Below, piece after piece: positions 11,923-24,000 of a stretch of 64,000 nucleotides of DNA. Both the position numbers and the translations under genes were made by a program. The stretch covers positions 12,262,771-12,326,770 of the forward strand of contig NC_092676.1 of NCBI RefSeq assembly GCF_964355755.1, given 5' to 3'. The DNA comes from Antedon mediterranea. Taxonomy: Eukaryota; Animalia; Echinodermata. The first letter of the stretch is position 1; every line of letters begins with the position of its first letter. The notes beneath the pieces are model-generated. The model was given only the letters and a program-made list of their open reading frames with translations. It was not told the DNA's origin and searched no databases.

Positions 11923-12027
11923 TTCTTGTGTGGCAAAACCATAATTTAGTGCATCACAAACAAGGTCACAGATAAGGTACCAGAAGAGTTGATAAAACTC
12001 AACTGTTAAACCGTCACTGCCTGGAGC

Positions 12028-12807
12028 TTAATTTTTTTTCATTTTCTTCATTGCTTGCTCACATTCGAAGAGAGAGAGATGACCCTCACACATCTCTTGT
12101 TCTGCCTCTGTGAGTTTAGTTAAATTAACATGAGATAGGTACTTATCAATTGATTTGTAAGGAACATCTTGTTTTGAATATATTTTTTTGAAGAAATTAA
12201 CCTCTTCCTTCAATATCTCTGTGGAATTTGATATAATGGATCCGTCCTGTTTTTTTAATTTTTTAATATGTTTTTTATTACTATTATTTTTCTCTAAACC
12301 AAGAAAGTATTTAGTGTTTCGTTCGCCATCTTCTATCCACTTTACTCTTGACCTAATTTGAGCGCCTTTAGCTTCCAATAGGTAAATTTGCTCAAGTTCA
12401 TTCTTTTTTTGATCTAATTCTGTTTCATACTGGATATTATTATCAGTATTATCCTTTTTCATAATTAAATCATTAATGATAGCAATTTCCTGTTGAAGTA
12501 TTTCTTTTCTTTTGCATTTATTTTTATTTTTCATTTTCCCATATTTTATGGAGAATTCCTTTATTTTTACTTTAATCATTTCCCATTTATCCTTTGGGTT
12601 AAGTTCTTCTAATCTAGCTCTTTCTATTATGTTTTTGATGTTGTTTATATAATCTTCATTATCTAAGTGAGAATTGTTCATTTTCCATAATCCTGGGCCT
12701 CTTTCTTCATTAGTTAAACTTATTTTTAAGAATATGGCTTGGTGATCAGACATGATTGACGGCCTGATATCACATGTGTTAACATATTCACATAAGTCGT
12801 TAGATAT
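12028..12807 (-). CDS. ORF2 fragment: endonuclease C-terminus (SDH) and EN-RT linker
   Basis: SDHQAI, GPGLWKMN, KWEMIK and AQIRSRVKWIEDGERNTKYF are typical L1/Tx1 linker motifs. The track ORF's first ~17 codons lie upstream of the frameshift and are out of the true frame. Confidence 0.85.
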   Translation of the reverse strand: MSNDLCEYVNTCDIRPSIMSDHQAIFLKISLTNEERGPGLWKMNNSHLDNEDYINNIKNIIERARLEELNPKDKWEMIKVKIKEFSIKYGKMKNKNKCKRKEILQQEIAIINDLIMKKDNTDNNIQYETELDQKKNELEQIYLLEAKGAQIRSRVKWIEDGERNTKYFLGLEKNNSNKKHIKKLKKQDGSIISNSTEILKEEVNFFKKIYSKQDVPYKSIDKYLSHVNLTKLTEAEQEMCEGHLSLFECEQAMKKMKKN

Positions 12808-13442
12808 AAAAAATAGTCCAACCTTCTGTACGTTTGGGTGGATTTCCTTCGCCATGTGAATTGACATGTATCTGGGTTATTTTTTCTCCAGATGTCATTA
12901 AGATTCAGATTTTTCATAAAATGTGTTATTGTAAAAACAGAATTATCTACTCTATCGACACTACCTTTTTGGTCAAATTTTCTGTCTAGAGCACAATTCA
13001 TGTCACCACCTATAATTATTTTATCATTTTTGCTTTCTTTGAAGTCAATAATTGTTTTATGTAAAGTCCTGAAGTAAGAACATCGATCTTTTACATAATT
13101 TGGGGCATATGAATTGACAAGAATGAAATAGTTGTCATCTATTTGAACTCTTAGAAGTAAAAATCTACCATTAATATCTTTGTATTGTTTTGTTACCCTG
13201 TGTTGAATTTTACTAGCAATAAATGTGGATGTTCCTCTACTGTGTGATGAGCCAAAGCAGTGGTAGGAATCACCTTGCCATATATCATTCAGTGACTGGG
13301 TTTTATCATTTGTCAAATGTGATTCTTGAATGAAGATGATATCTGCTTTGTTGTCTTTGACCCATTTAAAAATACTAATTTGTTTTTGTTTTTCTCTAAA
13401 TCCTCTAACATTTAATGATAAAAGGTGTATGTTTGGTGTCAT
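12808..13442 (-). CDS. ORF2 fragment: apurinic-like (EEP/APE) endonuclease
   Basis: SLNVRG, DIIFIQESH, NSYAPN, IIGGDMN, DIWR, FTW, RLDYF. Confidence 0.92.
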
Positions 13443-13561
13443 ATGATTATTAAATATAAAACATTTTATAAACTTTATAATTTATCTTAAATAAAAAAAC
13501 TAAATTGTAATAATAAACATTTGAAGTCATATTGCACAGTATGATACAGTAGTTCTGCAAC

Positions 13562-14797
13562 TTACTTCCTTGTAACCCTTTTCCTTAGGTTGATTTTTTT
13601 TTTTTTTTTCTGTGGTGGATTTTCTGGTGATGTTTCCTTTAAATCTTTTTCAGTTCTACTTTCATCAGTGGTAGCCCCTTTCCTTTCATTGTTACTTTTT
13701 GAGTTTTGAGTGGAAGAAACAAAAAAATCTGTTACCTTCTTCTGTTCTTTGCTTTCACTTGCTTCACTAATGGTCTTTTCCTCACTGTCCAAAATTATTA
13801 TATCTTTGTCTTTTACATGTTCTTGTTCTTCATCAGATTCACTTCCGCTGCTGTCATCTGCAGTATCTTGTGAGCTGAACACTTCATCAATATCTACTTC
13901 TGTGTCTGAATTTGGGTTTGCATTATCATGTGATTTATCTTTATCTGTTATCTTTAAGTCTTTATCTGTTATTTGTTTTGGTATTGGAGTGTGCACAAAT
14001 GATTCCCACATACGGTTAATATATGCCCCTGTTGATCCCATTGAGTTGGCTGATATTTGCTGTTGGCCTATTTCATTGTTGCAAGTGCTCATAGTATGAC
14101 CTTCTTGGTGACATTTAAAGCATACTCTATTAGCCTTACATTGATAAGCTTCGTGTCCATTTTTCAAGCATTTGTTACATTTGATCTCTTGTCCTTCGTG
14201 AAACACACGAGCTTTGAAACCATTTAGAACGATTTGCCTGGGTATGGGGGATGACATTTTTTCAACAAAGACAGCCCTATCACCATTAAGCCAACTTGTC
14301 AGTTGTCCGTTGACTCTGATTTTTTGCCTCATTATATCACTTACTGGTTTGCAACCCAATGCTTTTAACCGGTTTGCTATCTCGGAGTCCGCTACAGACA
14401 ACGGAATATCTTTAATGAGGATTCTCGTACTGTCCGTTTTGTTATATGCAAGATATGGATTAATGTCGAACACTGTGACATTACAATTTCTTATGTTAAT
14501 ACCGTTCGTTATTAGTTGCACTCTGTCTTTCCTATCATTGACATAGATTCTCCAGAGATTCCGGATTTTCTGAACACCTACGATGTGATCGGCGGGTATA
14601 ATTTTTGTTAATGTAATGCATAGATCTTCATCTCTAAAGAACGATTTATCGGTTGGAATTTGGTCTGCTTTTAAAAACACCGGCTTCACACCTCCTTGTT
14701 GTTGCGTTGTTTGCATACCGGCTTTGTTTACTCGGTTGCTCGTAGCCCCCGCTGACTTTGTAGAAGCGGCGGGAGATTTCGGTTGATATGTAGCCAT
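13562..14797 (-). CDS. LINE ORF1 nucleic-acid-binding protein (gag-like, two CCHC zinc knuckles), 411 aa, intact
   Basis: CNKCLKNGHEAYQC and CFKCHQEGHTMSTC (CX2CX4HX4C). An RRM-like region precedes them (RILIKDIPLSV...WLNGDRAVFV). The tail is acidic and low-complexity with a basic C-terminus. Confidence 0.9.
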   Translation of the reverse strand: MATYQPKSPAASTKSAGATSNRVNKAGMQTTQQQGGVKPVFLKADQIPTDKSFFRDEDLCITLTKIIPADHIVGVQKIRNLWRIYVNDRKDRVQLITNGINIRNCNVTVFDINPYLAYNKTDSTRILIKDIPLSVADSEIANRLKALGCKPVSDIMRQKIRVNGQLTSWLNGDRAVFVEKMSSPIPRQIVLNGFKARVFHEGQEIKCNKCLKNGHEAYQCKANRVCFKCHQEGHTMSTCNNEIGQQQISANSMGSTGAYINRMWESFVHTPIPKQITDKDLKITDKDKSHDNANPNSDTEVDIDEVFSSQDTADDSSGSESDEEQEHVKDKDIIILDSEEKTISEASESKEQKKVTDFFVSSTQNSKSNNERKGATTDESRTEKDLKETSPENPPQKKKKKINLRKRVTRK

Positions 14798-15001
14798 TAA
14801 GCTACGTTGGATTTTACACGTTAAACTTGAGTATATTATCGTAATATACCAAACGACAAACTTCTTTTTGTTCAGAATCCTTATGTAAATCAGGATTACT
14901 TACTTAATCTTCGTTTTACAGTGAAATATGGTGTAAAAATAACTATTTTACTCAGAGCTTAGTTTGGCCTGTCACCTTGGTTTCCTGACCAGAGCGCCCG
15001 T
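14798..15001 (-). promoter_or_regulatory. LINE 5' UTR (about 200 bp; probable internal promoter)
   Basis: Non-satellite sequence between the junction and the ORF1 ATG, with a GC-richer extreme 5' end (CGGGCGCTCTGGTCAGG). The promoter role is inferred from LINE biology only. Confidence 0.55.
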
Positions 15002-18000
15002 ACAAAAACATCAAAGTGCTTAAAATCACATTTAAAACCGTTTTAGAGCGTTTTGAGCATTTCGATAAACTTTTCACACAAAAACATCAAAGTGCACAAA
15101 ATAGCTTCAAATCGCATTTAGAGATGTTTTAGACCATTTTGTGCATTTCGATAAAACTTTTCACACAAAAACATCAAATTGCACAAAATAGCTTAATACC
15201 GTGTTAGAAATCGTTTTAAACCATTTTGAGCATGTCGATAAAACTTTTCACACAAAAACATCAAAGTGCACAGAATATCTTCAAATCGCATTTAGAGACG
15301 TTTTAGACCATTTTGTGCATTTCGAAAAAATTTGTTAACATAAAAAGACCAAAGTGTTTAGAATATCTCCAAATCGCATTTGGAGACGTTTTAGACCATT
15401 TTGTGCATTTCGATGAAACTTGGTTACACAAAAACATCAAAGTGCTTAAAATCACATTTGAAACTGTTTTAGAGCATTTTGAGCATTTCGATAAAACTTT
15501 TCACACAAAAACATCAAAGTGTACAAAATAGCTTCAAATCACATTTGAAACCGTTTTAGACCATTTTGAGCATTTCGATAAAACTTTTCACACAAAAACA
15601 TCAAAGTGTACAAAATAGCTTCAAATCGCATTTGGAGACGTTTTAGACCATTTTGTGCATTTCGATGAAACTTGGTTACACAAAAACATCAAAGTGCTTA
15701 AAATCACATTTGAAACCGTTTTAGAGCATTTTTAGCATTTCGATAATACTTTTCACACAAAAACATCAAAGTGTACAAAATAGCTTCAAATCGCATTTGG
15801 AGACGTTTTAGACCATTTTGTGCATTTCGATGAAACTTGGTTACACAAAAACATCAAAGTGCTTAAAATCACATTTGAAACCGTTTTAGACCATTTTGAG
15901 CATTTCGATAAAACTTTTCACACAAAAAAATCAAAGTGCACAAAATAGCTTCAAATCGCATTTGGAGACGTTTTAAACCATTTTGTGCATTTCGATGGAA
16001 CTTGGTTACACAAAAACATCAAAGTGCTTAAAATCACATTTAAAACCGTTTTAGAGCATTTTGAGCATTTCGATAAAACTTTTCACACAAAAACATCAAA
16101 GTGTACAAAATAGCTTCAAATCGCATTTAGAGACGTTTTAGACCATTTTGTGCATTTCGATAAAACTTTTCACACAAAAACATCAAAGTGTACAAAATAG
16201 CTTCAAATCGCATTTAGAGACGTTTTAGACCATTTTGGGCATTTCGATGAAACTTGGTTACACAAATACATAAAAGTGCTTAAAATCACATTTCAAGCCG
16301 TTTTAGAGCATTTTGAGCATTTCGATAAAACTTTTCACACAAAAACATCAAAGTGCACAGAATATCTTCAAATCGCATTTAGAGACGTTTTAGACCATTT
16401 TGTGCATTTCGAAAAAATTTGTTAACATAAAAAGACCAAAGTGTTTAGAATATCTCCAAATCGTATTTGGAGACGTTTTAGACCATTTTGTGTTTTTCGA
16501 AAAAACTTTTCACACAAAAACATCAAAGTGTACAAAATTGCTTCAAATCGCATTTGGAGACGTTTTAGACCATTTTGTGATTTTCGAAAAAATTTGTTAA
16601 CATAAAAAGACCAAAGTGTTTAGAATATCTCCAAATCGCATTTGGAGACGTTTTAAACCATTTTGTGAATTTCGATGGAACTTGGTTACACAAAAACATC
16701 AAAGTGCTTAAAATCACATTTAAAACCGTTTTAGAGCATTTTGAGCATTTCGATAAAACTTTTCACACAAAAACATCAAAGTGTACAAAATAGCTTCAAA
16801 TCGCATTTAGAGAGGTTTTAGACCATTTTGTGCATTTCGATAAAACTTTTCACACAAAAACTTCAAAGTGTACAAAATAGCTTCAAATCGCATTTAGAGA
16901 CTTTTTGACCATTTTGTGCATTTTGATAAAACTTTTCACACAAAAACATCAAATTGCACAAAATAGCTTAATACCGTGTTTGAAATCGTTTTAAACCATT
17001 TTGAGCATGTCGATAAAACTTTTCACAAAAAAACATCAAAGTGCACAGAATAGCTTCAAATCGCATTTGGAGACGTTTTAAACCATTTTGTGCATTTCGA
17101 TAAAACTTTTCACATAAAAACATCAAAGTGTACAAAATAGCTTCAATTCGCATTTAGAGACGTTTTAGACCATTTTGGGCATTTCGATGAAACTTGGTTA
17201 CACAAATACATAAAAGTGCTTAAAATCACATTTCAAACCGTTTTAGAGCATTTTGAGTATTTCGATAAAACTTTTCACACAAAAACATCAAAGTGCACAA
17301 AATAGATTCAAATCGCATTTGGAGACGTTTTAGACCATTTTGTGCATTTCAAAAAAACTTTTTAACATAAAAACACCAAAGTGCTTAGAATAGCTTCAAA
17401 TCGCATTTGGAGACGTTTTAGACCATTTTGTGCATTTCGACTAAACTTGGTTACACAAAAACATCAAAGTGCTTAAAATCACATTTGAAACCGTTTTAGA
17501 GCATTTTGAGCATTTCGATAAAACTTTTCACACAAAAACATAAAAGTGTACAAAATAGCTTCAAATCACATTTGAAACCGTTTTAGACCATTTTGAGCAT
17601 TTCGAAAAAATTTTTCACACAAAAACATCAAAGTGTACAAAATAGCTTCAAATCGCATTTGGAGACGTTTTAGACCATTTTGTGCATTTCGATGAAACTT
17701 GGTTAAACAAAAACATCAAAGTGCTTAAAATCACATTTGAAAGCGTTTTAGAGCATTTTGAGCATTTCGATAATACTTTTCACACAAAAACATCAAAGTG
17801 TACAAAATAGCTTCAAATCGCATTTGGAGACGTTTTAGACCATTTTGTGCATTTCGATGAAACTTGGTTACACAAAAACATCAAAGTGCTTAAAATCACA
17901 TTTGAAACCGTTTTAGACCATTTTGAGCATTTCGATAAAACTTTTCACACAAAAAAATCAAAGTGCACAAAATAGCTTCAAATCGCATTTGGAGACGTTT

Positions 18001-21000
18001 TAGACTATTTTGTGCATTTCGAAAAAATTTGTTAACATAAAAAGACCAAAGTGTTTAGAATATCTCCAAATCGCATTTGGAGACGTTTTAAACCATTTTG
18101 TGCATTTCGATGGAACTTGGTTACACAAAAACATCAAAGTGCTTAAAATCACATTTAAAACCGTTTTAGAGCGTTTTGAGCATTTCGATAAACTTTTCAC
18201 ACAAAAACATCAAAGTGCACAAAATAGCTTCAAATCGCATTTAGAGATGTTTTAGACCATTTTGTGCATTTCGATAAAACTTTTCACACAAAAACATCAA
18301 ATTGCACAAAACAGCTTAATACCGTGTTTGAAATCGTTTTAAACCATTTTGAGCATGTCGATAAAACTTTTCACACAATAACATCAAAGTGCACAGAATA
18401 TCTTCAAATCGCATTTAGAGACGTTTTAGACCATTTTGTGCATTTCGAAAAAAATTTGTTAACATAAAAAGACCAAAGTGTTTATAATAACTCCAAATCG
18501 CATTTGGAGACGTTTTAGACCATTTTGTGCATTTCGATGAAACTTGGTTACACAAAAACATCAAAGTGCTTAAAATCACATTTGAAACCGTTTTAAAGCA
18601 TTTTGTGCATTTCGATGAAACTTGGTTACACAAAAATATCAAAGTGCTTAAAATCACATTTAAAACCGTTTTAGAGCATTTTGAGCATTTCGATAAAACT
18701 TTTCACACAAAAACATCAAAGTGTACAAAATAGCTTCAAATCGCATTTAGAGACGTTTTAGACCATTTTGTGCATTTCGATAAAACTTTTCACACAAAAA
18801 CATCAAATTGCACAAAATAGCTTAATATCGTGTTTGAAAACGTTTTAAACCATTTTGAGCATGTCGATAAAACTTTTCACACAAAAATATCAAAGTGCAC
18901 AGAATATCTTCAAATCACATTTAGAGACGTTTTAGACCATTTTGTGCATTTCGAAAAAGTTTGTTAACATAAAAAGACCAAAGTGTTTAGAATATCTCCA
19001 AATCGCATTTGGAGACGTTTTAGACCATTTTGTGCATTTCGATGAAACTTGGTTACACAAAAACATCAAAGTGCTTAAAATCACATTTAAAACCGTTTTA
19101 GAGCGTTTTGAGCATTTCGATAAACTTTTCACACAAAAACATCAAAGTGCACAAAATAGCTTCAAATCGCATTTAGAGATGTTTTAGACCATTTTGTGCG
19201 TTTCGATAAAACTTTTCACACAAAAACATCAAAGTGCACAGAATAGCTTCAAATCGCATTTGGAGACGTTTTAGACCATTTTGTGCATTTCAAAAAAACT
19301 TTTTAACATAAAAACACCAAAGTGCTTAGAATCACATTTGAAACCGTTTTAGAGCATTTTGTGCATTTCGACGAAACTTGGTTACACAAAAACATCAAAG
19401 TGCTTAAAATCACATTTGAAACCGTTTTAGAGCATTTTGAGCATTTCGATAAAACTTTTCACACAAAAACATCAAAGTGTACAAAATAGCTTCAAATCGC
19501 ATTTAGAGAGGTTTTAGAGCATTTTGAGCATTTCGATAAAACTTTTCACACAAAAACATCAAAGTGTACAAAATAGCTTCAAATCACATTTGAAACCGTT
19601 TTAGACCATTTTGAGCATTTCGATAAAACTTTTCACACAAAAACATCAAAGTGTACAAAATAGCTTCAAATCGCATTTGGAGACGTTTTAGACCATTTTG
19701 TGCATTTCGATGAAACTTGGTTACACAAAAACATCAAAGTGCTTAAAATCACATTTGAAACCGTTTTAGAGCATTTTTAGCATTTCGATAATACTTTTCA
19801 CACAAAAACATCAAAGTGTACAAAATAGCTTCAAATCGCATTTGGAGACGTTTTAGACCATTTTGTGCATTTCGATGAAACTTGGTTACACAAAAACATC
19901 AAAGTGCTTAAAATCACATTTGAAATCGTTTTAGACCATTTTGAGCATTTCGATAAAACTTTTCACACAAAAAAATCAAAGTGCACAAAATAGCTTCAAA
20001 TCGCATTTGGAGACGTTTTAGACTATTTTGTGCATTTCGAAAAAATTTGTTAACATAAAAAGACCAAAGTGTTTAGAATATCTCCAAATCGCATTTGGAG
20101 ACGTTTTAAACCATTTTGTGCATTTCGATGGAACTTGGTTACACAAAAACATCAAAGTGCTTAAAATCACATTTAAAACCGTTTTAGAGCATTTTGAGCA
20201 TTTCGATAAAACTTTTCACACAAAAACATCAAAGTGTACAAAATAGCTTCAAATCGAATTTAGAGAGGTTTTAGACCATTTTGTGCATTTCGATAAAACT
20301 TTTCACACAAAAACATCAAAGTGTACAAAATAACTTCAAATCGCATTTAGAGACGTTTTAGACCATTTTGTGCATTTTGATAAAACTTTTCACACAAAAA
20401 CATCAAATTGCACAAAATAGCTTAATACCGTGTTTGAAATCGTTTTAAACCATTTTGAGCATGTCGATAAAACTTTTCACAAAAAAACATCAAAGTGCAC
20501 AGAATAGCTTCAAATCGCATTTGGAGACGTTTTAAACCATTTTGTGCATTTCGATAAAACTTTTCACATAAAAACATGAAAGTGTACAAAATAGCTTCAA
20601 ATCGCATTTAGAGACGTTTTAGACCATTTTGGGCATTTCGATGAAACTTAGTTACACAAATACATAAAAGTCCTTAAAATCACATTTCAAACCGTTTTAG
20701 AGCATTTTGAGCATTTCGTTAAAACTTTTCACACAAAAACATCAAAGTGCACAAAATAGCTTCAAATCGCATTTAGAGATGTTTTAGACCATTTTGTGCA
20801 ATTCGATAAAACTTTTCACACAAAAACATCAAATTGCACAAAATAGCTTAATATCGTGTTTGAAAACGTTTTAGACAATTTTGAGCATGTCGATAAAACT
20901 TTTCACACAAAAACATAAAAGTGAACAGAATAGCTTCAAATTGCATTTGGAGACGTTTTAGAGCATTTTGTGCATTTCGATAAAATGTGTTAACATTTCA

Positions 21001-24000
21001 CACAAAAACATCAAAGTGCACAAAATAGCTTCAAATCGCATTTAGAGATGTTTTAGACCATTTTGTGCATTTCGATAAAACTTTTCACACAAAAACATCA
21101 AATTGCACAAAATAGCTTAATACCGTGTTTGAAATCGTTTTAAACCATTTTGAGCATGTCGATAAAACTTTTCACAAAAAAACATCAAAGTGCACAGAAT
21201 AGCTTCAAATCGCATTTGGAGACGTTTTAAACCATTTTGTGCATTTCGATAAAACTTTTCACATAAAAACATCAAAGTGTCCAAAATAGCTTCAAATCGC
21301 AGTTAGAGACGTTTTAGACCATTTTGGGCATTTATAAAAGTGCTTAAAATCACATTTCAAACCGTTTTAGAGCATTTTGAGCATTTCGATAAAACTTTTC
21401 ACACAAAAACATCAAAGTGCACAAAATAGCTTCAAATCGCATTTAGAGATGTTTTAGACCATTTTGTGCAATTCGATAAAACTTTTCACACAAAAACATC
21501 AAAGTGCACAAAATAGCTTCAAATCGCATTTAGAGATGTTTTAGACCATTTTGTGCATTTCGATAAAACTTTTCACACAAAAACATAAAAGTGAACAGAA
21601 TAGCTTCAAATTGCATTTGGAGACGTTTTAGAGCATTTTGTGCATTTCGATAAAATGTGTTAACATAAAAAGACCAAAGTGTTTAGAATATCTTCAAATC
21701 ACATTTGGAGACGTTTTAGACCATTTTTGGCATTTCGATGAAACTTGGTTACACAAAAACATCAAAGTGCTTAAAATCACATTTAAAACCGTTTTAGAGC
21801 ATTTTGAGCATTTCGATAAAACTTTTCACACAAAAACATCAAAGTGTACAAAATAGCTTCAAATCGCATTTAGAGAGGTTTTAGACCATTTTGTGCATTT
21901 CGATAAAACTTTTCACACAAAAACATCAAAGTGTACAAAATAGCTTAATATCGTGTTTGAAAACGTTTTAAACCATTTTGAGCATGTCGATAAAACTTTT
22001 CACACAAAAATATCAAAGTGCACAGAATATCTTCAAATCGCATTTAGAGACGTTTTAGACCATTTTGTGCATTTCGAAAAAATGTGTTAACATAAAAAGA
22101 CCAAAGTGTTTAGAATATCTCCAAATCGCATTTGGAGACGTTTTAGACCATTTTGTGTTTTTCGAAAAACTTTTCACACAAAAACATCAAAGTGTAGAAA
22201 ATTGCTTCAAATCGCATTTAGAGACGTTTTAGACCATTTTGTGCATTTCGAAAAAACTTTTTAAAATAAAAACACCAAAGTGCTTAGAATAGCTTCAAAT
22301 CGCATTTGGAGACGTTTTAGACCATTTTGTGCATTTCGACGAAACTTGGTTACACAAAAACATCAAAGTGCTTAAAATCACATTTGAAACCGTTTTAGAG
22401 CATTTTGAGCATTTCGATAAAACTTTTCACACAAAAACATAAAAGTGTACAAAATAGCTTCAAATCACATTTGAAACCGTTTTAGACCATTTTGAGCATT
22501 TCGAAAAAATTTTTCACACACAAACATCAAAGTGTACAAAATAGCTTCAAATCGCATTTGGAGACGTTTTAGACCATTTTGTGCATTTCGATGAAACTTG
22601 GTTAAACAAAAACATCAAAGTGCTTAAAATCACATTTGAAAGCGTTTTAGAGCATTTTGAGCATTTCGATAATACTTTTCACACAAAAACATCAAAGTGT
22701 ACAAAATAGCTTCAAATCGCATTTGGAGACGTTTTAGACCATTTTGTGCATTTCGATGAAACTTGGTTACACAAAAACATCAAAGTGCTTAAAATCACAT
22801 TTGAAACCGTTTTAGACCATTTTGAGCATTTCGAGAAAACTTTTCACACAAAAAAATCAAAGTGCACAAAATAGCTTCAAATCGCATTTGGAGACGTTTT
22901 AGACTATTTTGTGCATTTCGAAAAAATTTGTTAACATAAAAAGACCAAAGTGTTTAGAATATCTCCAAATCGCATTTGGAGACGTTTTAAACCATTTTGT
23001 GCATTTCGATGGAACTTGGTTACACAAAAACATCAAAGTGCTTAAAATCACATTTAAAACCGTTTTAGAGCGTTTTGAGCATTTCGATAAGCTTTTCACA
23101 CAAAAACATCAAAGTGCACAAAATAGCTTCAAATCGCATTTAGAGATGTTTTAGACCATTTTGTGCATTTCGATAAAACTTTTCACACAAAAACATCAAA
23201 TTGCACAAAACAGCTTAATACCGTGTTTGAAATCGTTTTAAACCATTTTGAGCATGTCGATAAAACTTTTCACACAATAACATCAAAGTGCACAGAATAT
23301 CTTCAAATCGCATTTAGAGACGTTTTAGACCATTTTGTGCATTTCGAAAAAAATTTGTTAACATAAAAAGACCAAAGAGTTTAGAATAACTCCAAATCGC
23401 ATTTGGAGACGTTTTAGACCATTTTGTGCATTTCGATGAAACTTGGTTACACAAAAACATCAAAGTGCTTAAAATCACATTTGAAACCGTTTTAAAGCAT
23501 TTTGTGCATTTCGATGAAACTTGGTTACACAAAAATATCAAAGTGCTTAAAATCACATTTAAAACCGTTTTAGAGCATTTTGAGCATTTCGATAAAACTT
23601 TTCACACAAAAACATCAAAGTGTACAAAATAGCTTCAAATCGCATTTAGAGAGGTTTTAGACCATTTTGTGCATTTCGATAAAACTTTTCACACAAAAAC
23701 ATCAAAGTGTACAAAATAGCTTCAAATCGCATTTAGAGACGTTTTAGACCATTTTGTGCATTTCGATAAAACTTTTCACACAAAAACATCAAATTGCACA
23801 AAATAGCTTAATATCGTGTTTGAAAACGTTTTAAACCATTTTGAGCATGTCGATAAAACTTTTCACACAAAAATATCAAAGTGCACAGAATATCTTCAAA
23901 TCACATTTAGAGACGTTTTAGACCATTTTGTGCATTTCGAAAAAAGTTTGTTAACATAAAAAGACCAAAGTGTTTAGAATATCTCCAAATCACATTTGAA

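Larger units (their letters stand above)
9763..13442 (-). pseudogene. LINE ORF2 polyprotein (APE endonuclease + reverse transcriptase + C-terminal zinc finger), about 1226 aa when repaired; two disablements
   Basis: Three ORF fragments join into one frame. Adding 1 nt in the A6 run at 12808-12813 restores RLDYFFIS. The in-frame TAA at 12028-12030 sits in KKN*APGSDGLTVEFY (expected NK[S/A]PG.DG), and the frame then continues 35 codons into the 719-aa ORF. Confidence 0.92.
8287..15001 (-). mobile_element. Apparently full-length non-LTR retrotransposon (LINE), L1 group, Tx1-like
   Basis: 6.7-kb non-satellite segment. On the minus strand: 5' UTR, ORF1 (CCHC), 119-bp spacer, ORF2 (APE-RT-zf), long 3' UTR and poly(A). 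No LTRs. The L1 group call is from domain order and motifs; Tx1 is inferred from the CCHC ORF1 and needs an RT phylogeny. Confidence 0.93.

Noticed and set aside
9899-14546. Plus-strand ORFs of 60-179 aa overlapping the LINE (e.g. 11147-11686, 13710-14099, 14214-14546)
   Set aside because: Antisense shadows of ORF1 and ORF2 with no independent motifs.
14940-15001. GC-richer 5' end as a captured tRNA or snRNA fragment
   Set aside because: No cloverleaf, A/B box or recognisable snRNA motif could be identified by eye. An Rfam search would be needed.
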